Source: an uncultured delta proteobacterium
GTDB taxonomy: Bacteria; Myxococcota_A; Polyangia; Palsa-1104
NCBI GenBank assembly: GCA_963816965.1
Contig: CAWFMP010000002.1
Coordinates: 3,796,313 to 3,860,312 of the forward strand
DNA: 64,000 nucleotides
Direction of reading: 5' to 3'
The first letter of the stretch is position 1, and each line of letters begins with the position of its first letter. Positions 18,965 to 27,678 of the stretch are shown here, piece by piece. The notes beneath the pieces were generated by a model that searched no databases, had not been told where the DNA came from, and saw nothing but the letters and a program-made list of their open reading frames with translations. Both the position numbers and the translations under genes were made by a program.

Positions 18965-20341
18965 CTAGCGCAGCGAGCCTTCGCGTACGCCCTTGGCGAC
19001 CATGCCGAGCTTCTCCCAGATCTTCTCGCCCAGCCCGACCAGCGAGCGCACCCGCCCGGACACCGACGGCTCGTTGACCTCGCCCCGCAGCACCGACGAC
19101 GTCGACTTGGTCGCCACCGTGACGTACTCGCGCAAGAACGCCGGCAGGCTGCTCTCGTGCCCCGACAACAGCGCCATCGAGCGGGCCCGCGCGCCCGCCG
19201 AGTCGTTCCAGTACTGGAAGATGCCGGCGCGGATGGCGCGCGCGCCTTCGTCGGTGCCGCGGAAGACCTCGTAGAGCGCATCGGCGAGGATCTCGCGCGC
19301 GCGCACGAAGCGGTAGCGCTCGGTCTGATAGCGCGACAGCGCGCGATCGACCGCGGCGCGATCGGCAAGGTCGATGCCCGCCAGCGCGGCGGCGGCCAGG
19401 CGCGTGTCGTTGAGCGCGACGGTCATGCCGGTCGCCGTCAGCGGATGCGAGCAGCCGGCCGAATCGCCGATGAGCGCCGCGCCCGGCACGGTGCACTCGT
19501 CGGTGTAGATGGCGTAGTTGGCGGCGACCTCGATGTCGCCGCCGTCGAGCGCCTGGACGAGCGTCGCCCGCACGCCCGCGGGCAGGTGGGGCGCGTAGTC
19601 GGCGCGGATGCGGGCGATGACCGCCTCTTTGCCCTTGTCCATGTCCGACGGCAGGTCGATGCAGGTGCGGGCATCGCGGGCGCCGATCGGGTAGACGAGG
19701 ATCGGCCCCCAGGCGCCGAGGAAGATGTGCCCATAGCCGGGCTGCGGCAGCGGGCACGCCTGCAGGAGCGCCGCGGCGGTGAACGACAACAGGCGCGCGT
19801 GCTCGGGCATCTCGATGAGCGCGCGAATCTTCGAATGGCGCCCGTCGCAGGCGAGCACCACCGGCGCCAGCACCGGCCCCGACGCTGTCATGACGCCGAC
19901 CACGCGCTCCTGGTCGCGCACCAGATCGACGACGCGCTCGCCCAGGCGCAGCTCGACGTTGGGCCGCTCGAGCGTCTTTGTGCGCAGGGTGTCGACCAGG
20001 TCGTGATGATCGATGGCGAAGCCGAACGGGCGCGAGCCCGGGATCTCCTCGTAGGGCAAAAGCGTCGTCGGCTTGTGCGCCGACTGCACCACCGCGAAGC
20101 CGCGCACGTCGGCGCCGCCCGCCTCGTGCAGCGGGCCCAAGAAGCCGCGCTCGTCGAGCACGTCGACGCCGTGGGGATGGATCAGCTCGCCGTTGAAGCG
20201 CGGGTTGCGTCCGGCGCGCGCTTCGAGCACGAGGATCTTGCGCCGCCCGTCGGCATCGGCGAGCGCGCTGGCCATGGCGCAACCCGACAGACCGCCGCCG
20301 ACCACGATGACGTCGTACCGAGGTGCGCTCGTGAGCTCCAT
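18965..20341 (-). CDS. FAD-dependent oxidoreductase / monooxygenase (geranylgeranyl-reductase-like)
   Basis: 458-aa ORF; N-terminal Rossmann dinucleotide motif DVIVVGGGLSGCAMA; GD-type FAD motif region. Confidence 0.75.
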   Translation of the reverse strand: MELTSAPRYDVIVVGGGLSGCAMASALADADGRRKILVLEARAGRNPRFNGELIHPHGVDVLDERGFLGPLHEAGGADVRGFAVVQSAHKPTTLLPYEEIPGSRPFGFAIDHHDLVDTLRTKTLERPNVELRLGERVVDLVRDQERVVGVMTASGPVLAPVVLACDGRHSKIRALIEMPEHARLLSFTAAALLQACPLPQPGYGHIFLGAWGPILVYPIGARDARTCIDLPSDMDKGKEAVIARIRADYAPHLPAGVRATLVQALDGGDIEVAANYAIYTDECTVPGAALIGDSAGCSHPLTATGMTVALNDTRLAAAALAGIDLADRAAVDRALSRYQTERYRFVRAREILADALYEVFRGTDEGARAIRAGIFQYWNDSAGARARSMALLSGHESSLPAFLREYVTVATKSTSSVLRGEVNEPSVSGRVRSLVGLGEKIWEKLGMVAKGVREGSLR

Positions 20342-20424
20342 CGACGCGGGAGGCTACACCCCGGCTTTTGCCGGCGCAACCATCCGGCTTGCGGCGACGC
20401 GCTCGACGACGGATAGTGTAGGAG

Positions 20425-21630
20425 ATGGAGAATGCCCCCGCATATTTCGCGAGCTTCCGCGACCTGCCGTTCGAGCGCCAGATCGGCCTCGCCTACGAGC
20501 ACCTGGAGAACCTGCGCCAGCTCAACGGCGGCTACATCGCGTCGCCCTACTCGGGCGAAGCCGGCTACGACCGCTACGACGTCTACTGGCTCCGCGACAT
20601 CATGTACGCCACCTACGCCAACGAGTACCTCGGCCTCTACGACAAGGTGAAGCAGTCGTACGGCGTGGTGCTCACGGTGTTCGAGAAGTTCCACCACAAG
20701 ATCATCCGCGGCGTGCGCAAGAAGCCCGATCTGACCCGGGCCAAGGGCGCCGTCGTGCACGCGCGCGTCCATCCCACGACGCTGGAGGAGATCACCGACG
20801 AGTGGGGCCACCACCAGCTCGACATCTTCGGCCTCTTCCTGTTCAAGTCGGGCGACCTCATGAAGCAGGGCTTCAAGCTCATCCGCTCCGACGAGCACGT
20901 GCAGGTGGTCAAGGACATCCTGAGCTACCTGTGGACCGCGCGCTGGTCCTACGAGCCCGACTTTGGCATGTGGGAGGAGGGGCCCGAGGTCCACGCCTCC
21001 TCGGTGGGCGCGGTGCTCGCCGGCCTGACGATGTGGCACGACCACGGCTACTACGATTACAAGTATCGCAACCACATCGACATCGCCGATCTCATCCCCG
21101 TCTCCGAGCGCTTTCTCGAGGACGGCGCGCGCGCGCTGTCGAAGATCCTGCCCCGCGAGTCGGAGTCGCGGCCGTACGACCTGGCGCAGCTCTCGCTCTT
21201 GTGGCCCTACAACATCTTGAAGGACCAGTTCGCGCTGCAGGAGGAGATCCTCGACAACATCGAGAAGCACCTGGTGCGCGAGCACGGCGTCGTGCGCTAT
21301 CCGGGCGATCGCTACTTCAACGCCAACCAGTCGGACCCGGTGGGCAACGAGGCGCAGTGGCCGATCGGGCTGGCGTGGCTGTCGATCGCCTACTCGAAGT
21401 TGACGTTGCAAGCGGCGCGCACCGGGGCCCCGCGCTCGACCATCGATCGCTTCGTCGAGCGCGCCAAGCTGCACCTCGTGCACCTCGAGGAGGTGGCGAC
21501 GCCCGACGGGCGCATCGCCGAGCTCTACACCGGCGGCAAGGCGAACCACAATCTGCCGCTCGGGTGGGCGCAGTCGCTCTACATCGTCGCGAAGCTGTCG
21601 TTGCGGAAGCTGCTGTCGGAAGTGCGCTGA
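20425..21630 (+). CDS. GH15-like glycoside hydrolase domain protein (glucoamylase / phosphorylase-kinase alpha-beta domain family)
   Basis: 401-aa ORF; aromatic-rich (alpha/alpha)6-type sequence with MWEEGPE motif resembling GH15 catalytic region. Confidence 0.55.
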   Translation: MENAPAYFASFRDLPFERQIGLAYEHLENLRQLNGGYIASPYSGEAGYDRYDVYWLRDIMYATYANEYLGLYDKVKQSYGVVLTVFEKFHHKIIRGVRKKPDLTRAKGAVVHARVHPTTLEEITDEWGHHQLDIFGLFLFKSGDLMKQGFKLIRSDEHVQVVKDILSYLWTARWSYEPDFGMWEEGPEVHASSVGAVLAGLTMWHDHGYYDYKYRNHIDIADLIPVSERFLEDGARALSKILPRESESRPYDLAQLSLLWPYNILKDQFALQEEILDNIEKHLVREHGVVRYPGDRYFNANQSDPVGNEAQWPIGLAWLSIAYSKLTLQAARTGAPRSTIDRFVERAKLHLVHLEEVATPDGRIAELYTGGKANHNLPLGWAQSLYIVAKLSLRKLLSEVR

Positions 21631-21643
21631 CTGTGGCGAGGTA

Positions 21644-22225
21644 CTAGGGGCAGGTGATGCCGCCAACCCCGAGGGCGGCGGCGCAGAAGTGCAGCCCGGG
21701 CGCCATCGCCGACGAGCAGCACTTGTCGAGGGACTGGCCGAACGCGCTCAAGCCGGTGCAGTCGACGTCGGCGTGGCACAAGCGGGTCGTGATCTGCCCG
21801 GTGCCGAGGTTGAAGTCGCAGCTGCCGGTGCACGACGAGTTGCCGCCGTTGAACATCACGGCGCCGCCGTCGGGCGTGCCGCCGGTGAAGGCGATCGTCC
21901 CGCAGCAGTACTGCATGCTGGCGTTGCTGCAGTCCTCGGGGCCGTCGCAGGCGAGCACGGCGCCGCCGGAGCAGGTGCCGCCCGTGGTGATGCAGGTGTC
22001 CGACGTGGTGGTCGTGCCGCTGGCGGTGACGCAGCAGCTCTGACCGACGGCGCAGGTCATCGAGCCGCAAGCCACGCCGTCGGGGACGCGCACCGCCATG
22101 TCGGGACCCGGCAGGAGATCGGGCATCGACATGTCGGGGCCGGCGCTGGTGGTGTCGTCGCCGCAACCGCCGGCGCAAAGGATGAGGGCACACAAGGCGA
22201 GGGTCTGCCGCATGGCGCGAATCAT
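21644..22225 (-). CDS. Cys-rich hypothetical lipoprotein
   Basis: Internal start MIRAMRQTLALCALILCAGGCG (lipobox) inside track ORF 21644..22348; many Cys pairs. Confidence 0.55.
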   Translation of the reverse strand: MIRAMRQTLALCALILCAGGCGDDTTSAGPDMSMPDLLPGPDMAVRVPDGVACGSMTCAVGQSCCVTASGTTTTSDTCITTGGTCSGGAVLACDGPEDCSNASMQYCCGTIAFTGGTPDGGAVMFNGGNSSCTGSCDFNLGTGQITTRLCHADVDCTGLSAFGQSLDKCCSSAMAPGLHFCAAALGVGGITCP

Positions 22226-22277
22226 AGGCGCCCGAATGGCGGATTCGTCAAGCCTGCAAACTATGGTAAGCGGAAAT

Positions 22278-23261
22278 TTACTTCTTGCGGCGGAGGAGCT
22301 GGTTGCCCGGGCCCCACGACAGGATGAGGCTGTCGGCGTCGGCGACATGGCCCTGGTAGGTGTCGAGCCGGCGCAGCGAGTTGTCGCACGGGCTGCGCAT
22401 CGCCTTGTAGTCCGTCTCGGTCAGCGTCAGCTTGTCGCCGAAGCGCTGGCCGCTGATGTTGTAGCGGGTCGTCGTCTCGTAGCGCGGCAGCCCGTTGCAC
22501 ACGAAGTTGGTGCCGTCGCCGCGCACGCGCGAGACGGTGCGATCGTAGTAGCCGGAGACGCCGTCGCTGTTCTCGGCGAGATGCCACTCTTCGCGCTCCA
22601 GGCGCTCGTCGCCTTCGGCGTCGATCGAGCGCAGCTCCCAGACCCAGACGCCGCCCAGGGGGGCCGTCGGCTCGGGCGTCTGCATCGATGCCGGCTGCAC
22701 GTCGCCCCCCGTCTCGGACATCGCCAGTGGCGAGTGCCCGCCGTCGGTGCGGCGCACCAGGGTCTGGCCCGCCTCGGGCCCCCAGCGCAGGGCGAGCGTG
22801 GCACCGCGCAGCACCCCGATGTAGGCGACCAGGTTGCGCGCGCCGTCGTCGCAGGGGCCGGGCTTGGCCTCGAAGCCGACCTCGCGCAGGACGATGCGGT
22901 CGCCTTCGATCTGGCCGGCGACGCGCACGCGCGTGGTCTTGGTGAAGCCGAGGCGCTGGTTGCAGCGGAACAGCCGCTCGTCGACCGACATCATGGTGAC
23001 GGCGCGATCGTAGTAGCCGTCGAGATGCACGCCCTTTTGCGAGAGGTGCCACTCCTCCTGCTCGACGCGCATGTCGCCCTGATCGTCGGTGGAGCGGAAC
23101 ATCCAGTCCCACGTCCCCGTGGCATCCTGCCCGCTGGCGACGGCGGGCTGTGCCTGTACCGTCGTGGCGACGCGCGCGTGGGGCGCGGTGGCGGCGCAGC
23201 CGGCGGCACCGGCGACGGTGACGGCGGCGGTGGCGAGGACCAGAAGGTGGCGGTGCATCAA
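22278..23261 (-). CDS. Hypothetical lipoprotein with internal ~110-aa tandem duplication
   Basis: Signal + AGAAGC lipobox; two repeats both containing E(Q/R)EEWHL…GYYDR…C(N)…. Confidence 0.6.
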   Translation of the reverse strand: MMHRHLLVLATAAVTVAGAAGCAATAPHARVATTVQAQPAVASGQDATGTWDWMFRSTDDQGDMRVEQEEWHLSQKGVHLDGYYDRAVTMMSVDERLFRCNQRLGFTKTTRVRVAGQIEGDRIVLREVGFEAKPGPCDDGARNLVAYIGVLRGATLALRWGPEAGQTLVRRTDGGHSPLAMSETGGDVQPASMQTPEPTAPLGGVWVWELRSIDAEGDERLEREEWHLAENSDGVSGYYDRTVSRVRGDGTNFVCNGLPRYETTTRYNISGQRFGDKLTLTETDYKAMRSPCDNSLRRLDTYQGHVADADSLILSWGPGNQLLRRKK

Positions 23262-23361
23262 GACCTCCCAGATGAAACGAGTGTACGCGACCTCGCTTTC
23301 ATCATATCGCGGTCGGCGTCATGGAGCATCCCAAAATTTCGCCGGCGCGCGTAGGTGGCTG

Positions 23362-23919
23362 TCACCGATTGCGCACCATGAGCGACAACTTGCGATACCA
23401 GGGCAGCGCGTACCAGGCCGCAAGTCGGCGGAATGCCGCCTCATCGTAGAGGTGCAGCGGACCCGTGGCGCCGGAGAAGCAGGAGATGGGCGGGGCGTCG
23501 CGCACGCTGCCTGCGTCGGGGTGCGGCACCAGGCGCGAGCGGCCGACGAGGTAGACCGGGTCGCCGACGGCGACGACGCGCACCAGCGCGCGCAGCCGAT
23601 CGGGCGGGCCGCGCAGCTCGTGCTCGACGAAGGGGCCCTCGAGGTGCAGCTCGACGTCGGGGTGGAGGCGGCCGTGGTCGTCACCGACGCGCACCAGCGC
23701 CGGTCCGTCGTCACCACCGGCGTAGAAGTCGCGGCCCCGCTCGATCGTGGTCAGCCCGGGGCGGCTCCAGGCCTGGGACTCCTCGAGGTCGACGCGGGCC
23801 AGCACGACCGGACGGTCGTCGCCGCTGGTGAGCGCGTGCGGCAGCGACAGCGACGACGTGCCGGAGGGGAGCAGCGGCAGCACCGTCAGGGGCCGCGCGT
23901 GGGGAAGCGTCACCTGCAA
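23362..23919 (-). CDS. Hypothetical protein
   Basis: 185-aa ORF; overlapping plus-strand ORF 23089..23985 is Arg-rich alternate-frame noise. Confidence 0.45.
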   Translation of the reverse strand: MQVTLPHARPLTVLPLLPSGTSSLSLPHALTSGDDRPVVLARVDLEESQAWSRPGLTTIERGRDFYAGGDDGPALVRVGDDHGRLHPDVELHLEGPFVEHELRGPPDRLRALVRVVAVGDPVYLVGRSRLVPHPDAGSVRDAPPISCFSGATGPLHLYDEAAFRRLAAWYALPWYRKLSLMVRNR

Positions 23920-23957
23920 AAAGCTAGCATGTCATCGTCGGTCCGCCCGTCGGTAAT

Positions 23958-24851
23958 GTGCTTTACCGACGACAAACCCCGTTGATCCCGCCGGCGCCGA
24001 CTCTTTACGATGGAGCGGTGCGCTCCTCGGGCATCCTCTCCATCGCCATCGTCGGGCTCGCGCTCGTCTGCCTGCCTGCGCCGGCGCGCGCCGGTGACGG
24101 CAAGCCGCTGTTTCGCCGCGGCCTCGAGCTCTATCGCGAAGCTTCGTACGCCGAGTCGGTGGCGATGCTCGAGCATGCACGCGCGCGCGGCGGGCTGGAG
24201 CCGCCCGAGCGCGTCGAGTGCGCCTTCTATCTCGCGGCCGGCTACGTCGCGCTGAGCTCGCCCGGGGCGGCGCGGCGCGAGCTGCGCACGGTGCTGCAGG
24301 AGGCGCCGGACTACGAGCTGCCGCAGTACACCTCGCCCAAGGTGGCGGCGCTGTTTCGCGAGGTCAAGGAGGAGCTGGAGAACGCGCCGCGCCTGCGGCC
24401 GCTGCCGCCCGAGCGGCGCGGCGACACGCTGACGCTGCGCTTCGAGGCGTCGCGCACCGGCGGGCGCGCCTTCGGCACCGTCCAGTGGCGCTGGCGCGGC
24501 GACGCCGCCTGGCGCGAGGCGGCGATGACCCACCAGGGCGACAACCTCGTCGCCGACGTGCCGGTCGAGCGCACCGGCGCGCTCGAGTATTTCGCCGACG
24601 GGCGCGCGCCGGGCGGCGTCCTGCAGGCGGGCTCGGCGGAGCGGCCGCTCGAGCTTCCGGTCGGCATCGGGCCGCGGCTGTCGCTCATCGGCGACGCGCC
24701 GGCGCGCCGAGCCAAGGTGCGCCGGTTGTGGTGGCTGTGGAGCGGCCTGGGCGCCGTCGGGGCGGCGGGGGTCGGCGTCGGCCTCTACTTCGCGCTGCGC
24801 CCGCAACCGGCGCCCACGGCCGATGCCGTCTTCGACTTCCAGGTGCACTGA
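23958..24851 (+). CDS. Hypothetical secreted/membrane protein
   Basis: 297-aa ORF with hydrophobic signal-like segment ILSIAIVGLALVCLPAPARA and C-terminal TM; true start may be an internal GTG (~24018). Confidence 0.5.
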   Translation: MLYRRQTPLIPPAPTLYDGAVRSSGILSIAIVGLALVCLPAPARAGDGKPLFRRGLELYREASYAESVAMLEHARARGGLEPPERVECAFYLAAGYVALSSPGAARRELRTVLQEAPDYELPQYTSPKVAALFREVKEELENAPRLRPLPPERRGDTLTLRFEASRTGGRAFGTVQWRWRGDAAWREAAMTHQGDNLVADVPVERTGALEYFADGRAPGGVLQAGSAERPLELPVGIGPRLSLIGDAPARRAKVRRLWWLWSGLGAVGAAGVGVGLYFALRPQPAPTADAVFDFQVH

Positions 24852-25270
24852 TGCGCGCCGCGCTCGCGCTGGGGACGATCCTCGTCGTCGGTGGCTGCGG
24901 CAGCGGCGCGGGCGAGGTCGCGTCGGCCGAGATGGCGCTGTCGACGACCTCGGGGCTGGCGCCGAGCGACGTCGCCGCCGTCGAGATCCTGGTGTTCGAT
25001 GGCGCCAACGCCGGCTGCGTGCGCGTCATGACCGGCGCCTCGCCGCTCGACGATCCCGGCCTGGTGCTCGTGGCGCACGCGCTCTTCGACATCGACGGCA
25101 CGCCCAAGCACCTGGCCATCCCCGCCGGCAAGCCGCTCGACTTCTACGCCGAGGCGTTTCGCACCACCGCCCCCAATCGCACCCGCATCGGCCGCGGCTG
25201 CGTCGACGAGACGCTCGCCGCCGGCGCGCAGACGGGCGTGACCATCTCGATCAGCGCCACCGATCCCTGA
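24851..25270 (+). CDS. Hypothetical lipoprotein
   Basis: MRAALALGTILVVGGCGS lipobox; start overlaps previous stop (ATGA…TGATG). Confidence 0.55.
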   Translation: MRAALALGTILVVGGCGSGAGEVASAEMALSTTSGLAPSDVAAVEILVFDGANAGCVRVMTGASPLDDPGLVLVAHALFDIDGTPKHLAIPAGKPLDFYAEAFRTTAPNRTRIGRGCVDETLAAGAQTGVTISISATDP

Positions 25271-25357
25271 GCCGCCTCCGGTAGCGCCAATCACTTTGGC
25301 CGAGTCGTAGCGGCCCCAGCCGTCCGTACGACCCGCCGAAAGTGAACGGCGTTGCCG
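25271..25357. repeat. Palindromic intergenic element between convergent genes, related to motif at 43651..43735
   Basis: Shares TCACT(T/C)TGGCCG, CGTAGCGG / CCGCTACG and GAACGGC(G/A)TTGC(C/G)GCTAG blocks with the 43.7-kb site. Confidence 0.35.
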
Positions 25358-27280
25358 CTAGCGCTTCTCGCCGAAGAGGTCGAGCTTGAGCAGCGTCTCC
25401 TTGTTGGGCGAGACGATGATGTGCCGCTTGGCGACGACGCCGAGGTCGCCGTTCTTGAGCGCGACCTGGTGTGCGCCTTCGGTGAGCTCGACCGGCTGCA
25501 GCGGTGTCACCCCAAGCACGCGACCGTCGACGCTGATCTCGGCCCACGGCGTGACCGCCACGCGCAAGCTGCCGTGGCCGCGTGGGATGGCGCGGGTGAC
25601 CGATTCGCGCGGCCGCAGATCGACCTCGAGCGTGCGCGGGAAGGCGTAGAGCGGGGACGAGACGGTGACGCGGTGGTGGCCCGGCGTCAGGTGGAGCGCG
25701 CCGTCGCTGCTGGCGCGCTGCGTGCGACCGTCGACGACGTAGGTCGGCTGCCCCTCGATCTGCACGTGCAACAGCGCCTCGGGGGACGCTTCACCCGCGG
25801 GCACCAGCTCCATCGCCGGCCCCGGCACCCCCAGGGGCGGCGGCGCCAGCTCGGTCTTCTGCGCCCCGTTCGACAGCGGCCGCATCGGCTTGACGGGAGG
25901 CGCAGTGGGCGCCGCCAGCTCCGAGGGGTGCGACGCCGGCGCCACTGCCCGCGGTTGGCCCAGCCGCGCCGCGCAGCTGCCGATGTGCGTCGCCGCCAGC
26001 GCCAGCGCGGCCGCCGCTCCGACGACGAGCGCGGCGCGTCCGGCGAGCGCGCGGTGACGCTCGCGGGCTGGCTCGATCGCGTCCGAAAGGTGCAGCGCCG
26101 GCACCGCCTTGGGATGGCGCAGCTCGAAGATCGGCTCTGGCGGCGGCGCCGGCTCGGTCTGGGGATCGACCGCGGCGCCGGGCGACGACCCCGTGCCGGT
26201 GGTGGTCACCGCCGCCGACAGGTTCGGCACCGAGCCGGTGGTCGGCGGATTGAGCTTCTCGCCGTGTGGCGGCGTCTGCTCGCGCAGGCTCGAATCGTCG
26301 GCGTCGTCGGCCGGGCAGAGCTCGGCGAGCAGGTCGGCGACCACCTTGGGCGAGGCGTCGATGCCCTCGGCCATCGCCACCGCCTCGATCGAATCGGCCA
26401 GCGCCTCCGCCGACGGCAGCCGCCGATCGCGATCGCGCTGGAGCGCGCGCAGCGCCACCGCGCCGAGGCCGGGCGGTACGCCGCGCCGCACGTGCTCGGG
26501 CGCCGGGATCTCGAGGGTCAGGACCCGGTTGAGCGTCTCGGCGTCGTTGGCGCCGCGAAACAGCGGACGCAGCGTCAGAAGCTCGTGCAGCACGATGCCA
26601 AGGGCGAAGACGTCGACGCGGCGGTCGATCGAGTCGCCGCGAATCTGCTCCGGCGCCAGATAGGCGAACTTGCCCTTGATGGTTCCGGTGCGCGTCTGGT
26701 GCAGCTGCGACGCCGCCTTGGCGATGCCGAAGTCGAGCACCTTGGTGGTGCCGTCGGTGGTGAGGAACAGGTTGTGCGGCGTGACGTCGCGGTGCACGAC
26801 GCCGAGCGGCTTGCCTTCGCCGTCGACGGCGGTGTGCGCGTGGTGCAGCCCGCGGGCCGCGTCGGCGACGATGCGCACCGCGGCCCCGAGCGGCAGCTCG
26901 ACGCGGGCGCGCGCCGCCTGCCGCAGAAGCTCGATCGCCGGCTGCCCGCGCAGGTACTCCAGCGCGATGTAGCAGGCCTCGCCGACCTGGCCCGCCTCCA
27001 GGGTCTCGACGAGGTTCTTGTGGCGCAGCCGCTGCCCGAGGCGCCCTTCGTGGATGAAGAACTGCACGAACTCGGGGTTCGACGCGTAGTGCGGCAGGAT
27101 GCGCTTGATGACGACCAGCCGCTGCGCGCGCGACTCCTCGGCCAGGAGAATTTGCGCCATGCCGCCGAAAGCGAGCGTACGGATGATGCGAAAGCGCCCG
27201 AACTCGTCCGGCAGCGCCCCCGCCGCGGTCCCCCCGTGGACCAGGACCTCGTTCATCGGCAGTGTCATTTCGATTTTCAT
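25358..27280 (-). CDS. Ser/Thr protein kinase with transmembrane segment and C-terminal PEGA-like domain
   Basis: HRDVTPHN, DFG, APE-region motifs; hydrophobic segment [13 protein letters not shown]; C-terminal …PVELTEGAHQVALKNGD resembles PEGA. Confidence 0.8.
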   Translation of the reverse strand: MKIEMTLPMNEVLVHGGTAAGALPDEFGRFRIIRTLAFGGMAQILLAEESRAQRLVVIKRILPHYASNPEFVQFFIHEGRLGQRLRHKNLVETLEAGQVGEACYIALEYLRGQPAIELLRQAARARVELPLGAAVRIVADAARGLHHAHTAVDGEGKPLGVVHRDVTPHNLFLTTDGTTKVLDFGIAKAASQLHQTRTGTIKGKFAYLAPEQIRGDSIDRRVDVFALGIVLHELLTLRPLFRGANDAETLNRVLTLEIPAPEHVRRGVPPGLGAVALRALQRDRDRRLPSAEALADSIEAVAMAEGIDASPKVVADLLAELCPADDADDSSLREQTPPHGEKLNPPTTGSVPNLSAAVTTTGTGSSPGAAVDPQTEPAPPPEPIFELRHPKAVPALHLSDAIEPARERHRALAGRAALVVGAAAALALAATHIGSCAARLGQPRAVAPASHPSELAAPTAPPVKPMRPLSNGAQKTELAPPPLGVPGPAMELVPAGEASPEALLHVQIEGQPTYVVDGRTQRASSDGALHLTPGHHRVTVSSPLYAFPRTLEVDLRPRESVTRAIPRGHGSLRVAVTPWAEISVDGRVLGVTPLQPVELTEGAHQVALKNGDLGVVAKRHIIVSPNKETLLKLDLFGEKR

Positions 27281-27434
27281 TTTCGCCCATGGTAATACGG
27301 GCGGTCAATCGAATTCCGCCGAGAATTCGCGCACTTTCACTCTATTTTGCGTTGGTGAAATCGATTACGAATGAAAAACGGAAAGCGGCGGACATCTGAT
27401 TACCAGGGATTACTCGCCGCCCGCCGGGGGCTGC
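27281..27434 (-). promoter_or_regulatory. Unusually AT-rich intergenic segment upstream of kinase gene (candidate promoter/UTR)
   Basis: Local GC drops well below the ~70% background; lies between small membrane-protein gene and kinase start. Confidence 0.3.
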
Positions 27435-27626
27435 TCAGAAGCGCATGCCGCGCTTGGCGCGGTACGTGAACCAGTCTTTGATGAGGTAAGCCGCGGGAAC
27501 CAGCGCGATCACGCCGAGGATCGGCGCCGCGCTCGTGATGATCAGCGCTCCGGCGCCTGCCGTAGCGGCCGCGGCGACGATCCCCTTCTTGCGCGCGGTC
27601 TGTTTGTCCTTGTCGGCGAGTGACAT
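27435..27626 (-). CDS. Small membrane protein (63 aa)
   Basis: Track ORF; hydrophobic core GIVAAAATAGAGALIITSAAPILGVIALVPAAYLI; GGAGGAGG RBS 6 nt upstream. Confidence 0.5.
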   Translation of the reverse strand: MSLADKDKQTARKKGIVAAAATAGAGALIITSAAPILGVIALVPAAYLIKDWFTYRAKRGMRF

Positions 27627-27678
27627 CAGCGCCTCCTCCTTGTAAAGGTACGCACGTTTCCTTGCCTACGCAACGAGC

